From the NCBI GenBank assembly GCA_002245135.1, contig NGBS01000882.1, forward strand, positions 62,001-126,000: DNA of 64,000 nucleotides. Direction: 5' to 3'. The translations under genes were made by a program, and so were the position numbers. Positions 62,673 to 64,000 of this stretch are shown here, one piece after another (the first letter of the stretch is position 1; each line of letters opens with the position of its first letter). This stretch comes from Proteromonas lacertae (Eukaryota). Under the pieces are notes generated by a model. The model did not search any database. It had not been told where the DNA came from and was given only the letters and a program-made list of their open reading frames with translations.

Positions 62673-64000
62673 ATGAGCAATCTAAAATATGGTAATAATA
62701 GTACAGGAATTGTATTTTTTATAAATTGATTTACTTTTTATAGAGTAATCTTTGCAATATCAATAACTTCTATATAATCAAAATTTTGTTGGTAATTGGA
62801 GTATGTTTTAGTTTTGCTAGTTGTGAAAGTGTAAATGAAAGTAAAAAAGCTCTTGAAGTGAGTTGTCTTATACCAGATAAAATAACTGATGATAATGTAG
62901 TAGGAATTGTTGTTACTATAAAAAAGAATAAAGAAGATAATAATGGAGTGATTGTGTTAAGTAAAGCTAACACATATGAAATGAGAATGGATGTAGAGAT
63001 ATCTGGAGGATTGATTATAGAAAAAACTAAATATGAATGGGTTCAAGTTGATAGTGTTCACAATGAAACATTCTTAGTAAAAGGAATTTACAAAGATAGT
63101 TTAAATACAATAAAGAATGACAATTTTGATAATAATCATGAATTTAAATCAATAAAAGGTGGTATATTGATAAAAGTCAGAAGTTTTGATGATGAAAATG
63201 AAAAAGGTGAAGTATATTGTGAAACAAACATCTATCCAAAAGGTTTTCCACTAATATTATCAATTGCAACTAATTACACTGGTAATGATATTCCACTTCA
63301 ATTTAATCTACCACAAAACATTATGGCTGATTCATTTCACATTAATACTAATATTTATACTTCATTATATACATTATTACAGAATTCATGTGATTCTTTG
63401 ATGAGACAACCAATTGTAAGTTTTGAACATATTGCTGATATAATTTATTCAAAAGTATTGCTTTTAAAATATATGAAATCGCATAAAATTAGTGATGAAA
63501 AAGTAATGAATGAAAATATTAACAGTTTAGAATATTATTATAATGAATTGTTGAAATATCAAAACAATGATGGAGGATTTGAATGGTTTGGAAAAAATCT
63601 AAGTAATGAAGGATTAACAGCCTATGGAATAATGGTATTAAATGAATTAAAAACAGTAATAAAAGTAGATAATAACATAATAGAAAAAGCAAGGAATTGG
63701 TTGTTAAGTAGACAGTTGAATAATGGTTATTTTAATATAACAAATAATAATAATAATGATATTTTAGGAGTTGTTGGTAATTCTTCAACTACAGCATTTA
63801 TATACTGGGCTTTAAGTGAAGAAAGAAAAATCAATATAACTAAAAAGTTCCTGATGTATTATAACTCACTAAGTGATGTAAGAAATAGTTATATTATTGG
63901 ATTACTTGGTTTGATTTATGATAATATTGAGAGTAAAGAAGAAGAAAATGCTGATAATATGGGATTATTATTAACAAAACTATTTAACGAAGATGGTTCA
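62673..64000 (+). CDS. Alpha-2-macroglobulin-family protein, N-terminally truncated and thioester-less (3' end outside window)
   Basis: ATG at 62673, one 32-nt intron, hydrophobic signal-like segment. Motifs IYPKGFP, LMRQPIVSFEH (usual form QPYGCFEQ), YQNNDGGFEWFG..EGLTAYG and ARNWLLSRQ. Confidence 0.8.

Overview
This is very AT-rich, gene-dense eukaryotic nuclear DNA, not prokaryotic. I traced about 29 protein-coding genes by hand, joined by roughly 70 tiny GT-AG introns (mostly 25-40 nt, donor GTAT.., acceptor ..TAG). Intergenic spacers are very short and a TGTTTGT-like element follows many stop codons. This architecture resembles Blastocystis or a related opalinate stramenopile (inference only). 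Recognisable genes: WRAP53, glyoxalase II, a bacterial-like MFS transporter, SNIP1, SNF1/AMPK, RMI1, DNAJC21, an Sfi1-like protein, a short Hsp70, a TKL kinase, PRP38, APC1, an Hsp110-TPR protein and biotin protein ligase. Main observations: (1) Eight single-base (+1) frame breaks and one -1/+2 break sit inside otherwise intact genes, with no typical intron to explain them; each +1 break can be repaired by removing one sense-strand C. This is either an editing/recoding system or an assembly artefact, and the sequence alone cannot decide. (2) There are two 58-nt U12-type minor introns, one AT-AC and one AT-AA. (3) A lipoyl-KGD4/MRPS36 fusion gene is missed by the ORF track. (4) A 1082-bp non-autonomous hAT element has an 8-bp TSD that contains the WRAP53 stop codon. 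(5) A ~1970-aa protein has a B-box/pseudokinase/BTB/LRR/ARM/CaaX architecture. (6) A truncated alpha-2-macroglobulin-like gene lacks its thioester.
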